From Dehalococcoidia bacterium (lineage in GTDB: Bacteria; Chloroflexota; Dehalococcoidia; Lucifugimonadales; UBA3495), in the NCBI GenBank assembly GCA_965199995.1, contig OZ241328.1:524316-588315 (forward strand): a stretch of 64,000 bases of DNA, read 5' to 3'. The translations under genes were made by a program, and so were the position numbers. This document shows positions 19,680 through 29,586 of this stretch, piece by piece. The stretch's first letter is position 1; the number at the start of each line of letters is the position of its first letter. The notes beneath the pieces are model-generated. The model made no database searches, was not told the DNA's origin, and was given only the letters and a program-made list of their open reading frames with translations.

Positions 19680-20141
19680 ATGTCGGCAGAAGGTTCACGG
19701 CCCCTGGTGGGCGTTGGGGTAGTATTCTTCCGGGAAGGCCGGGTGTTCCTGGCGCGGCGAAAGGGAGAGCTGGGGGGCGGTACCTGGGGTTCCGCCGGCG
19801 GCCACCTGGAATTCGGCGAAACTCCGGAGGATTGCGCCCGGCGGGAGGCCAGGGAAGAATTCGGCGTTGAGGTGGGCGAGCTGAGCCATCTCTGCGTCAG
19901 CAACATCATAGGCTATGGGCGGCACTACTTGGACATTGAGTTCCTGGGCGACATTGGGGAGCAGGAGCCGCGGCTGATGGAGCCGGACTCTTTCGAGGGA
20001 TTCGGCTGGTTCCCTTTACAGGCCCTGCCGGAGCCGCTGTTCCTGGCGATGCGGTACGCGATAGATAGCCTGCTTACCGGACGGCAGTATTATTCCGGGG
20101 TTTCCGCTTTCGCGGGAAATGACGGACGGGGTCGGGGATAA
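19680..20141 (+). CDS. NUDIX hydrolase
   Basis: Nudix box GGHLEFGETPEDCARREAREEFGV. The start was moved to the ATG at 19680. The 3' end runs into a REP element. Confidence 0.8.
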   Translation: MSAEGSRPLVGVGVVFFREGRVFLARRKGELGGGTWGSAGGHLEFGETPEDCARREAREEFGVEVGELSHLCVSNIIGYGRHYLDIEFLGDIGEQEPRLMEPDSFEGFGWFPLQALPEPLFLAMRYAIDSLLTGRQYYSGVSAFAGNDGRGRG

Positions 20142-20297
20142 CGGACGGGGGGCTAGTGCGGGAACGACGAAATAGAGTAGGGAATGACGAATGGGGTCGG
20201 GAATGACAGACGGAGCCGGTACGGGGATGAAGCATGAGAGCGGGCAGGGGATGCTGAAAGCTGTCCCGAGGGGAAAACTTGGTATTGGGAGTTTGCT

Positions 20298-20969
20298 ATG
20301 ATGGCTAAGAAGGGGGATGGCCTGTTGCTGGTATACAGCGACGTAGCCCCGGAGAATGACGAAGAATACAATCGCTGGTACAACGAAGAACACATCCCGG
20401 AACGGCTTTCCATTCCGGGAGTTCTCAGCGCCGCGCGTTACCAGGCAGTGCAGGGCGAGCCGAAGTATTTAGCGGTGTACGAACTGAGCAGCCACGAAGC
20501 CTGGTATTCGGAAGAGTGGCAGAAATGGCTGCGGGATCCCACGGAGTGGTCGAAGAGGATGTCGCCCAGCGTCATAGGCACCGATTACATTCGTAACCTG
20601 TACCGCCGGGTTCACCCGGCGGACGTGCCGGCCGAGACCGCCGGGGCGGAGATGTCGCCGGTGCTACTGGTAGGTCGGATGTCCGTCCCCGAGGAGTTGG
20701 ACGCCAAGTTCAACGAGGCCTACAACAACGAGCGCCTGCCGCTGTGTCTGAGCATTCCGGGCTACATTCGCGCCCGGCGATGGGAGGCGGTGATGGGCGG
20801 GCCGAAGTATGCGACGCTACACGAGATGGAGTCGCTGGATGTGGCGGAGAGCGACGGTTGGGAGAACTGGCGCACCGCAGTTACGCCTTTGTGGACCTAC
20901 GAGGTGCGTCCCCACATGGTGCATGAAGCAGGCTCGCCGGGGGTATACCGTCGGATATTCCCAGAGTAA
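20298..20969 (+). CDS. hypothetical protein with two tandem ~100-aa domains (possibly DUF4286/EthD-like alpha/beta barrel)
   Basis: 223 aa. The halves resemble each other (YNRWYNEEHIPERLSIPGVLSAARYQAV vs FNEAYNNERLPLCLSIPGYIRARRWEAV). Confidence 0.4.
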   Translation: MMAKKGDGLLLVYSDVAPENDEEYNRWYNEEHIPERLSIPGVLSAARYQAVQGEPKYLAVYELSSHEAWYSEEWQKWLRDPTEWSKRMSPSVIGTDYIRNLYRRVHPADVPAETAGAEMSPVLLVGRMSVPEELDAKFNEAYNNERLPLCLSIPGYIRARRWEAVMGGPKYATLHEMESLDVAESDGWENWRTAVTPLWTYEVRPHMVHEAGSPGVYRRIFPE

Positions 20970-21106
20970 CCCCGAGAGTAACTACGGCCGGCGAGGGGGA
21001 GCTATCCGGCGTTGCTGGGGCGGCTTGAAGACCGCCCCTCGCTTGTTTTAGTAGCATCGGGAAAGGAGTAAAAGTCGCTTCAGGGTCAAGTCATTTAGAT
21101 ACGAAT

Positions 21107-21116
21107 GTGCTATAAT
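21107..21116 (+). promoter_or_regulatory. candidate extended -10 promoter for gyrB
   Basis: TGCTATAAT, about 90 nt upstream of the gyrB ATG. No good -35 is present. Confidence 0.35.
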
Positions 21117-21133
21117 TTTCAGAGACCGCATAG

Positions 21134-23167
<2,034 letters not shown>

Positions 23168-23215
23168 GTTCCCGCCTTCGCGGGAGGGACGGGGATGCCG
23201 GCTTTGGGCCGTTAT

Positions 23216-23244
23216 TTGGCTTTCCCCGCAGCATGGTTTATAAT
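23216..23244 (+). promoter_or_regulatory. candidate sigma-70-type promoter for rpsT
   Basis: TTGGCT-N17-TATAAT. Confidence 0.45.
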
Positions 23245-23301
23245 GATGCGCGTTCCGCCGGTGAGCGGAAAGAGAAGCGCAGTTGACTAGGAGTAGACCC
23301 T

Positions 23302-23571
23302 TTGCCCGCCAAGAAAGCAGGTCGTCAGGCAGTAAAGCGCACCCAGCGCAATCGCAGCGCCAGAACCGAAACCCGAACCATCGTGGGACGAGCTAATCGT
23401 TCGTTGGCTTCCGGTGACGCGGAAGCCGCCCGCCCGGCGGTGATGAGCGCCGTCCGGATACTGGATCGGGCCGTGCGCAAGGGCATCCTGCACAAGAACA
23501 ACGTTGCCCGCCGCAAGTCTCGAATGATGGCCAAGTTGGCGCGTCTGGAACAGCCCGTCGTCGAAGCCTAA
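23302..23571 (+). CDS. rpsT: 30S ribosomal protein S20
   Basis: 89 aa with a TTG start. KRTQRNRSARTETRT...KGILHKNNVARRKSRMMAKL. Confidence 0.9.
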   Translation: MPAKKAGRQAVKRTQRNRSARTETRTIVGRANRSLASGDAEAARPAVMSAVRILDRAVRKGILHKNNVARRKSRMMAKLARLEQPVVEA

Positions 23572-23597
23572 CAGAGCGGATACTCTAAGCTGTTCGT

Positions 23598-23627
23598 GCC
23601 GTCCTGAAATATGGACGGCTTCTTTTT
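23598..23627 (+). terminator. rho-independent terminator after rpsT
   Basis: Stem gccgtcc / ggacggc, loop tgaaatat, followed by ttcttttt. Confidence 0.8.
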
Positions 23628-23653
23628 GTTTAGCTGTTGCTGACACTTTGGCG

Positions 23654-23682
23654 TTGACACCCTGAGCAGCCTTTGGTAGCCT
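23654..23682 (+). promoter_or_regulatory. candidate lexA promoter
   Basis: TTGACA-N17-TAGCCT, directly upstream of the SOS-box-like site. Confidence 0.4.
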
Positions 23683-23688
23683 TTCGCT

Positions 23689-23702
23689 AGAACAAAAGTT
23701 TG
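23689..23702 (+). promoter_or_regulatory. LexA operator (Gram-positive-type SOS box)
   Basis: AGAACAAAAGTTTG matches GAAC-N4-GTT(C) in 7 of 8 core positions. It lies 19 nt upstream of the lexA ATG. Confidence 0.6.
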
Positions 23703-23720
23703 TGTCAACTGGAGAGGAGT

Positions 23721-24374
23721 ATGGTTAGCAGAAGGAAGATGCCGCCGCGCCGCCGCCGGATTCTAGAATTTCTACAAGAGTTCTACTCGGAAAATGGTAT
23801 CCCGCCAACAGTGCGGGACATTCAGCAGGCCTGCGACGTTAGCTCCACATCGGTAGTGGACTACAATCTCAAGCAACTGGAAGAGGCCGGATACATAAGC
23901 CGGCGCAAGGAAGTCGCCCGGGGCATTGAGTTGTTGGACCGGGAAGGCCGGCCCGTTTCCAACGCGCCCCGGGTGCAGATAGTCGGCTCCATCGCCGCCG
24001 GTCAGCCCATTCCGGTATTCTCAACGGAAGACTCCGCCGCCAGCGAGGAATTTGACACCGTGGAGATTTCTCCGGACCTGCCGCGTCGCCACGGGAAGCT
24101 CTTTGCCCTCACCGTCAATGGCACCTCGATGATAGACGCGCTGATTGATGATGGCGATGTGGTGGTGATTAAGCCGGCGCAGGAAGCTTCCAACGGCGAG
24201 ATGGTGGTGGCTTGGCTTAAGGAAGAAGAAGAAGCTACGCTCAAGAAGTTCTACCGAGAGGGAGACCGGGTGCGGCTCCAGCCGGCCAACAGCGCCATGA
24301 CGCCCATCTATTGCCCGGCGGAGAACGTGGAAGTGCGGGGGAAGGTGGTAACGGTGTTGCGAAAGTATGGCTAA
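23721..24374 (+). CDS. lexA: LexA repressor
   Basis: ATG at 23721 with a GGAGAGGAG RBS. N-terminal winged HTH (GIPPTVRDIQ), the Ala-Gly cleavage region (SIAAGQPI), and S24 peptidase motifs GTSM and KKF (catalytic Ser/Lys). Confidence 0.92.
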   Translation: MVSRRKMPPRRRRILEFLQEFYSENGIPPTVRDIQQACDVSSTSVVDYNLKQLEEAGYISRRKEVARGIELLDREGRPVSNAPRVQIVGSIAAGQPIPVFSTEDSAASEEFDTVEISPDLPRRHGKLFALTVNGTSMIDALIDDGDVVVIKPAQEASNGEMVVAWLKEEEEATLKKFYREGDRVRLQPANSAMTPIYCPAENVEVRGKVVTVLRKYG

Positions 24375-24730
24375 CGCCGGGCGGCGGTCAAAGCGCCGTA
24401 GGTTGCCACCAGGAAGGGGACGCAGTAGGTCAAAGGAATCTTCCAGTAGAGGGCATTGTTCCAGTTGCCCGATAACAGGCTGTCGCCCTGATTGAGTAAG
24501 GTCAGGATGGTGCCGACTACTACCGCCACGATGATGGAGCGCCGCAACATTGGCAAGTGGCGCGGCCCACACAGGAAGCATTTGATGGTTCCGGCCGTTG
24601 CTGGGTTGGCGCCCGGCGGGCGAAAGACGAAAGTTCGCCCGGAGCGAGGGGCGCGCCCGCAGTTCTGGCAGTTGTCAGCGTCTGGACTGCTGATCTTGAC
24701 CGCCTCTTTAGCCTGTTGCAAATTTGTCAC
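24371..24730 (-). CDS. NrtS-family putative nitrate/nitrite transporter with an N-terminal zinc-ribbon extension
   Basis: C-terminal AVVVGTILTLLNQGDSLL...KIPLTYCVPFLVATYGA resembles NrtS. The N-terminus has CQNCG...CFLCG. The 3' end overlaps lexA by 4 nt in convergent orientation. Confidence 0.5.
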   Translation of the reverse strand: MTNLQQAKEAVKISSPDADNCQNCGRAPRSGRTFVFRPPGANPATAGTIKCFLCGPRHLPMLRRSIIVAVVVGTILTLLNQGDSLLSGNWNNALYWKIPLTYCVPFLVATYGALTAARR

Positions 24731-24804
24731 CCTTGTTAGGCAAGTGCGGGCATTCTAGTCGCCGCCAAAAGCGCAAGTCAATGCGGCGAACGGGCCGCTC
24801 TCGC

Positions 24805-24833
24805 TTGTGCGGGCTTGGGGCGCATTCTATACT
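24805..24833 (+). promoter_or_regulatory. candidate promoter for the PHP gene
   Basis: TTGTGC-N17-TATACT. Confidence 0.35.
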
Positions 24834-24872
24834 AGTTCATGGAATTCAAGGCGTGGCCGTAACGGGGGAGCA

Positions 24873-25547
24873 ATGTACGATTTTCACACCCACACCTTTC
24901 TAAGCGACGGTGTACTGTCGCCCATTGAGCTGATTCGACGGGCGCAGGTGCGCGGTTATAGGGCGATGGCGATTACTGACCATGTGGGGCAGGGCAATGT
25001 GGAATACGTGGTAAAGACGCTGGCGATAGACTGCGAGATGGCCAGCAAACGATGGGATATTTTGGCGTTGCCGGGCGTTGAGATTACCCATGTGCCAAAG
25101 GAAGACATAGACCTGGTGGCCCGGACGGCCAAGGAGATGGGCGCCAAGCTGGTGGCGGTACACGGCGAGACGCCGGTGGAGCCGGTGGAGCCGGGAACGA
25201 ACGAGGCTGCGATTCGCTCGCCATGGGTGGACGTATTGGCTCACCCCGGTCTGATTACCCCCGAGGAAGCGCGGCTGGCGGCGGAGCGAGGCGTGCGGCT
25301 GGAAGTATCAGCGCGGCGAGGACACAGTTTCGCCAACGGTCATGTCGTGAAGGTGGCCCGGGAGGCCGGTGCGATCCTGGTGCTGGATTCCGATGCCCAC
25401 GCGCCGGAAGACTTGCTGACGCCGGAGATGTGTCAGAAGGTGGCAAGGGGCGCGGGCCTCGATGAAGACGAAGCGCACGCCCTGCTGGAAGAGAATCCAC
25501 GGGAATTGCTGGCGAAACTGGGATATGCCGCTCTGATAGCGGGCTGA
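24873..25547 (+). CDS. PHP-domain (histidinol-phosphatase-like) metal-dependent phosphoesterase
   Basis: The start was moved to MYDFHTHTFLSDG. An AITDH motif is also present. Confidence 0.75.
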   Translation: MYDFHTHTFLSDGVLSPIELIRRAQVRGYRAMAITDHVGQGNVEYVVKTLAIDCEMASKRWDILALPGVEITHVPKEDIDLVARTAKEMGAKLVAVHGETPVEPVEPGTNEAAIRSPWVDVLAHPGLITPEEARLAAERGVRLEVSARRGHSFANGHVVKVAREAGAILVLDSDAHAPEDLLTPEMCQKVARGAGLDEDEAHALLEENPRELLAKLGYAALIAG

Positions 25548-25583
25548 CCACCCTCAGACCGGCTAGGATCGAGTTGAGAACAG

Positions 25584-25724
25584 TTACGCCTTGCCGATTC
25601 GGAATACCTTAGTACCGCAGGTGGGGCAGTCTCCTTTAGTGGCCGGCCTGCCATTCTTTAAGGTTACCTGCTCAGAGTTGATAATCTCTCGTTTTTCCCG
25701 GCATTTCAGGCAATAAGCCTCCAT
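25584..25724 (-). CDS. DUF5679-type small zinc-ribbon protein (46 aa, below the ORF-track cutoff)
   Basis: Hand translation: MEAYCLKCREKREIINSEQVTLKNGRPATKGDCPTCGTKVFRIGKA. CxxC...CxxC, ATG at 25724, TAA at 25584-25586. Confidence 0.65.
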   Translation of the reverse strand: MEAYCLKCREKREIINSEQVTLKNGRPATKGDCPTCGTKVFRIGKA

Positions 25725-25904
25725 GATTATCCCCCTTAGTCAAATTGCCTCGATCATGGATTCGCAGGATGTCCCTGGCTTGGCTGTAACCTGTACCGCT
25801 ATTATCAAGTGTTATTGTAAAGCACGCCACAAGCTACACAGGCGCGAAATCGTTGTCAAGCACTATAGCGGGCAGGGATTGAGGATTTTCCGCGCTGATT
25901 CTGG

Positions 25905-26876
25905 TCAAGGAGCGGGCGGAGCTAACGGGGAGCGGGTGTTTGAGTTAAACACTTTCAGGGGTTTCCAGGAGTTTCCGGCGCGGTTGAAACGGACTAAAGC
26001 GAGAAATTGGCCGGCGGTGTTGTAGGCCCGGAACTGCTCCAGGTATCCGGTGTTGGCTTCGGAGCGTCCGAGACTTACGGACTGGCCGTTACGGAGGAAT
26101 TTCTCGGCGGCCGGCCCGACGGTGACCGTTTTCATGTCTCGTACCACCCAGTCCACCGGATGCAGGTGCCTTTGCCAGCCCTCCGGTTCCTGCGCATCGG
26201 TTTCCAGTTTTTCCAGAGTGATGCCGTTCTGAGAAGAGAATCCCCCGCAACTGCGCCGCTCCAAGTCGGTCACGTGGCCTCCGCAGCCCAGCGATTCACC
26301 CAGGTCATGGGCCAGGGACCTCATGTAGACCCCCCGGCCGCACTCTACGTCCAAAGTTATCAGGGGAAGCTCCATCCGTGTCAGGCGAATGCCGAGAATC
26401 TCTACGCTTCGCGCTTCGCGCTCCACCTCGATTCCGGCGCGAGCCAGTTTGTAGAGCCGCTGACCGTCAACCTTCACGGCGCTGTACATCGGCGGCACTT
26501 GGTTTACCACGCCGATGAACGGTTCAAGAGCCGATTCGATGTCCGCCCGCGTAACGCCGCCGGCGCTGCGAGTGGCGGTGATTTCCCCTTCGGAATCATA
26601 GGTGGAAGTGGACTCGCCCAGCTTCACGTCCATCACATACCGCTTGGTTCCGCCGACCACGTAGTCCATCAATCGGGTGGCTTGGCCGAAGCAGACCGGC
26701 AGGACACCGCGAGCCAGCGGGTCCATAGTCCCGCCGTGGCCCACCTTCTGGCGCTGGCCGGTGATGCGTTTCACCCGCCGGAGGGCTTCCATGGAGGTGA
26801 TGCCAGGGGGCTTGTACAGGTTGATGAATCCGTTTACCGCTGGGATGCTGTTGTTTGCCCTCTTAGCCAAAATCAC
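25905..26876 (-). CDS. truB: tRNA pseudouridine(55) synthase
   Basis: 323 aa. GFINLYKPPGITS and GHGGTMDPLARGVL (catalytic Asp). Confidence 0.92.
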   Translation of the reverse strand: MILAKRANNSIPAVNGFINLYKPPGITSMEALRRVKRITGQRQKVGHGGTMDPLARGVLPVCFGQATRLMDYVVGGTKRYVMDVKLGESTSTYDSEGEITATRSAGGVTRADIESALEPFIGVVNQVPPMYSAVKVDGQRLYKLARAGIEVEREARSVEILGIRLTRMELPLITLDVECGRGVYMRSLAHDLGESLGCGGHVTDLERRSCGGFSSQNGITLEKLETDAQEPEGWQRHLHPVDWVVRDMKTVTVGPAAEKFLRNGQSVSLGRSEANTGYLEQFRAYNTAGQFLALVRFNRAGNSWKPLKVFNSNTRSPLAPPAP

Positions 26877-27291
26877 GGCCTCTGTCGCCTTGGGGTGCGC
26901 GGATGCGTCTGCGCGGTTCGGTGCGCTCCAGGTACTCGGCGGCGAACTGTTCGGGGGCGAAGCCGTCCATCAGGCGCAACACCCGATCGCCCTCCTGAAT
27001 GGAGTCGTCCAGTTGAAAGGTCAGGTGCGGGGTATGACGCAAGTTCACGCGGTTGCGCAGTTCCCGGCGCAGAAAGGAAGCTGCGGAGCGTATGCCGTCG
27101 AGGGCTTCCTGTTGCTGCTTCTCGCGGCCCATAACGCTGACGTATACCCGCGCGCTGCGGAGGTCGCTGGAGGCGATGACCCCGGTGACGCTGATTACTC
27201 CGGCCACCCTGGGGTCTTTGATTTCCCGGGCAAGCAGGTGGCTGATTTCGGAGCGCAATAATTCGTTGACACGGTCTATGCGTCGAGGCAT
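26863..27291 (-). CDS. rbfA: ribosome-binding factor A
   Basis: The start was moved to MPRRIDRVNELLRSEISHLL at 27291. It overlaps truB by 14 nt. Confidence 0.88.
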   Translation of the reverse strand: MPRRIDRVNELLRSEISHLLAREIKDPRVAGVISVTGVIASSDLRSARVYVSVMGREKQQQEALDGIRSAASFLRRELRNRVNLRHTPHLTFQLDDSIQEGDRVLRLMDGFAPEQFAAEYLERTEPRRRIRAPQGDRGRDFG

Positions 27292-27362
27292 TGCGCACCT
27301 CCAAAGGGGATTGCCGGTTGCTTCTCTGCCTGATCGCAGCGATTGAGGCGGGAGCTGCCGGG

Positions 27363-29207
27363 TTAGCGCCGGGCCCGCTCCTGGCGGTAGACCTCCAGGA
27401 TATCGCCGGTCTGGAAGCCGTTGAACCCTTGCAGGACGATTCCGCACTCGGTGCCGGCGTTCATTTCATTCACTTCGTCGCGGAAGTGGCGCAAGCTGGC
27501 GATGGTGGTCTGGGTTATGTTCTCGCCTTCCCGCGTAACGCGGACAGAGCCATTGCGGACCATCCTGCCGTCGGTAACGCGGCAGCCGGCAATCTGGACG
27601 CCGCGCCGCCCGCCGAATATTTCTCGAATCTCGGCTCGCCCAACAATAACCTCGGTATAAACGGGTTCCAGCATTCCGTGGAGAGCAAGCTCGATGTCGT
27701 CGATTAGCTGGTAGATGATATTGTAAGGTCGGATCTCCATGCCCATACGGTCGGCCAGGCGGTCGGCGCTGGGCTCCGTGCCAATGGAGAAGCTAATGAT
27801 GATGCCCTCGGAGGCGCTGGCCAGCAGTACGTCGGACTCAGTTACCGCGCCCACTCCGGTATGAAGCACGCGCACTTTGGCGTCTTCGTCCGCCAAGCGC
27901 TCCAGAGACTGGCGGATGGCCTCCAGACTGCCCTGCACGTCGGCCTTGAGGACCAGATTCAGCTCCTTCACATCCCCCAGTCTCACTTGGTTGACCACTT
28001 CTTCCAAGCTCAGGGCACGATTCTGGGAAGAGGTGATCCTGTGGGAGCGTTCGCGGCGATTGGCGATGCCCCGCGCTTCGCGGTCGCTGGCGGCCACATT
28101 GAGCTGGTCTCCGGCCTCGGGCAGAGAACCGAATCCCAATATCTCCGCCGGAGTTCCCGGCACTACTTTCTCGATATTCTTGCCTTTATCGTCAATCAGG
28201 GCGCGGACACGCCCAAAGGCGTCGCCGGCGACGATGTAGTCTCCAACGGACAGGGTGCCGTCTATAACCAGCACGGTGGCACTGGGGCCGCGTTTGCGGT
28301 CCAGCTTGGCTTCGATGATGACGCCCGAGGCCGGTTTGTCCGGGTTAGCCCGCAGTTCGGAAATCTCGGCTACTAGCTGAAGGTTCTCCAGCAGATCTTC
28401 AATGCCTTCGCCGGTGCGGGCGGAAACGTTGACGGATATGATGTCGCCGCCCCAGTCTTCCACCAGCAGTTCGTTCTCGCTGAGCTGGCGCTTGACCCGC
28501 TCAGGGTCTGCGCCGGGCAAGTCCATCTTATTGATGGCAACTACGATGGGGACTTGGGCTGCCTTGGCGTGATTTATGGCCTCGACGGTCTGGGGCATTA
28601 TGCCGTCGTCGGCCGCGACTACCAGCACTGCGATGTCGGTGACCCGGGCGCCGCGAGCGCGAATAGCAGTGAAGGCGGCATGGCCTGGGGTATCTAGGAA
28701 GGTTATGGGGCCACCGCCGGCTTCAACTTGGTAGGCGCCCATGTGCTGGGTTATGCCGCCTATTTCGCGGTCGGCGACGCGAGAGCTCTTGATATAGTCG
28801 AGGAGGGAGGTCTTGCCGTGGTCAACGTGGCCCATCACCACTACCACGGGCGGGCGGACGGTCAGGTCTTCTTCGGCTTCTTCGCCAGTGAGTTCCGACG
28901 CTTTCACCGAGGCGGTCGCGGATTCGGGGGCCATGCTGGCGCGGACGCCGAAAGCGCTCGTGACCAGCGTGGCTACCTGGTAGTCAATGACTTGATTCAT
29001 GTTGGCCATGATGCCGTTGCGCATCAGTTGCTTGATGACGTCGATGGGCGACTGATTCAGCACCTCGGCGAGGTACTGTACTGTCATGGTGGAAGGCAAG
29101 ACGAGCGGTCGGGACTGTTGCCCGCTGCGCCGCTCTTCGCGAGATCTTCGAGATCTTTGGCTTCTGACTTGGTCGTCCCCCGAGTCCATAACCGTCGATG
29201 TAGTCAT
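27363..29207 (-). CDS. infB: translation initiation factor IF-2
   Basis: 614 aa. G-domain motifs [17 protein letters not shown] and NKMD. Confidence 0.95.
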   Translation of the reverse strand: MTTSTVMDSGDDQVRSQRSRRSREERRSGQQSRPLVLPSTMTVQYLAEVLNQSPIDVIKQLMRNGIMANMNQVIDYQVATLVTSAFGVRASMAPESATASVKASELTGEEAEEDLTVRPPVVVVMGHVDHGKTSLLDYIKSSRVADREIGGITQHMGAYQVEAGGGPITFLDTPGHAAFTAIRARGARVTDIAVLVVAADDGIMPQTVEAINHAKAAQVPIVVAINKMDLPGADPERVKRQLSENELLVEDWGGDIISVNVSARTGEGIEDLLENLQLVAEISELRANPDKPASGVIIEAKLDRKRGPSATVLVIDGTLSVGDYIVAGDAFGRVRALIDDKGKNIEKVVPGTPAEILGFGSLPEAGDQLNVAASDREARGIANRRERSHRITSSQNRALSLEEVVNQVRLGDVKELNLVLKADVQGSLEAIRQSLERLADEDAKVRVLHTGVGAVTESDVLLASASEGIIISFSIGTEPSADRLADRMGMEIRPYNIIYQLIDDIELALHGMLEPVYTEVIVGRAEIREIFGGRRGVQIAGCRVTDGRMVRNGSVRVTREGENITQTTIASLRHFRDEVNEMNAGTECGIVLQGFNGFQTGDILEVYRQERARR

Positions 29208-29253
29208 CTATGCGCTCACCTTTCAGAATCGTGTAAAGGCCGCTGAATCAGAG

Positions 29254-29550
29254 TCAGGAAACTGCCTGCTCCGCAGTGGGCCGAAACACCTCCGCCTTGC
29301 CATCCTGCAAGGATTCCAAATCGCTATTGGAGAGTTGTCTGCCCAGGCTGCGGGCCAATCGTCCTCTGCCCAGGGCAGTATCCCAACAGTCTGCCCTACA
29401 GATATAGGCGCCGCGGCCCGGAGCCTTGCCGGTGACATCCACAGAAAGCTGCCCGTCTGGGGAACTGGCGATTCTCAGCAGTTCCAGCTTGGGTTTTTTG
29501 CTGCCGCAAGCTACACAGGTGCGTTCTGGTATGTGGCGCTTCCTGGGCAA
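29254..29550 (-). CDS. ylxR: YlxR/RnpM (DUF448) RNA-binding protein
   Basis: 98 aa. PERTCVACGSKKPK...GRGAYIC motif, in the canonical position between nusA and infB. Confidence 0.85.
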   Translation of the reverse strand: MPRKRHIPERTCVACGSKKPKLELLRIASSPDGQLSVDVTGKAPGRGAYICRADCWDTALGRGRLARSLGRQLSNSDLESLQDGKAEVFRPTAEQAVS

Positions 29551-29586
29551 ACTGTTCTCCTCTGCGGCGTTTGCGGCTGGGCAATC

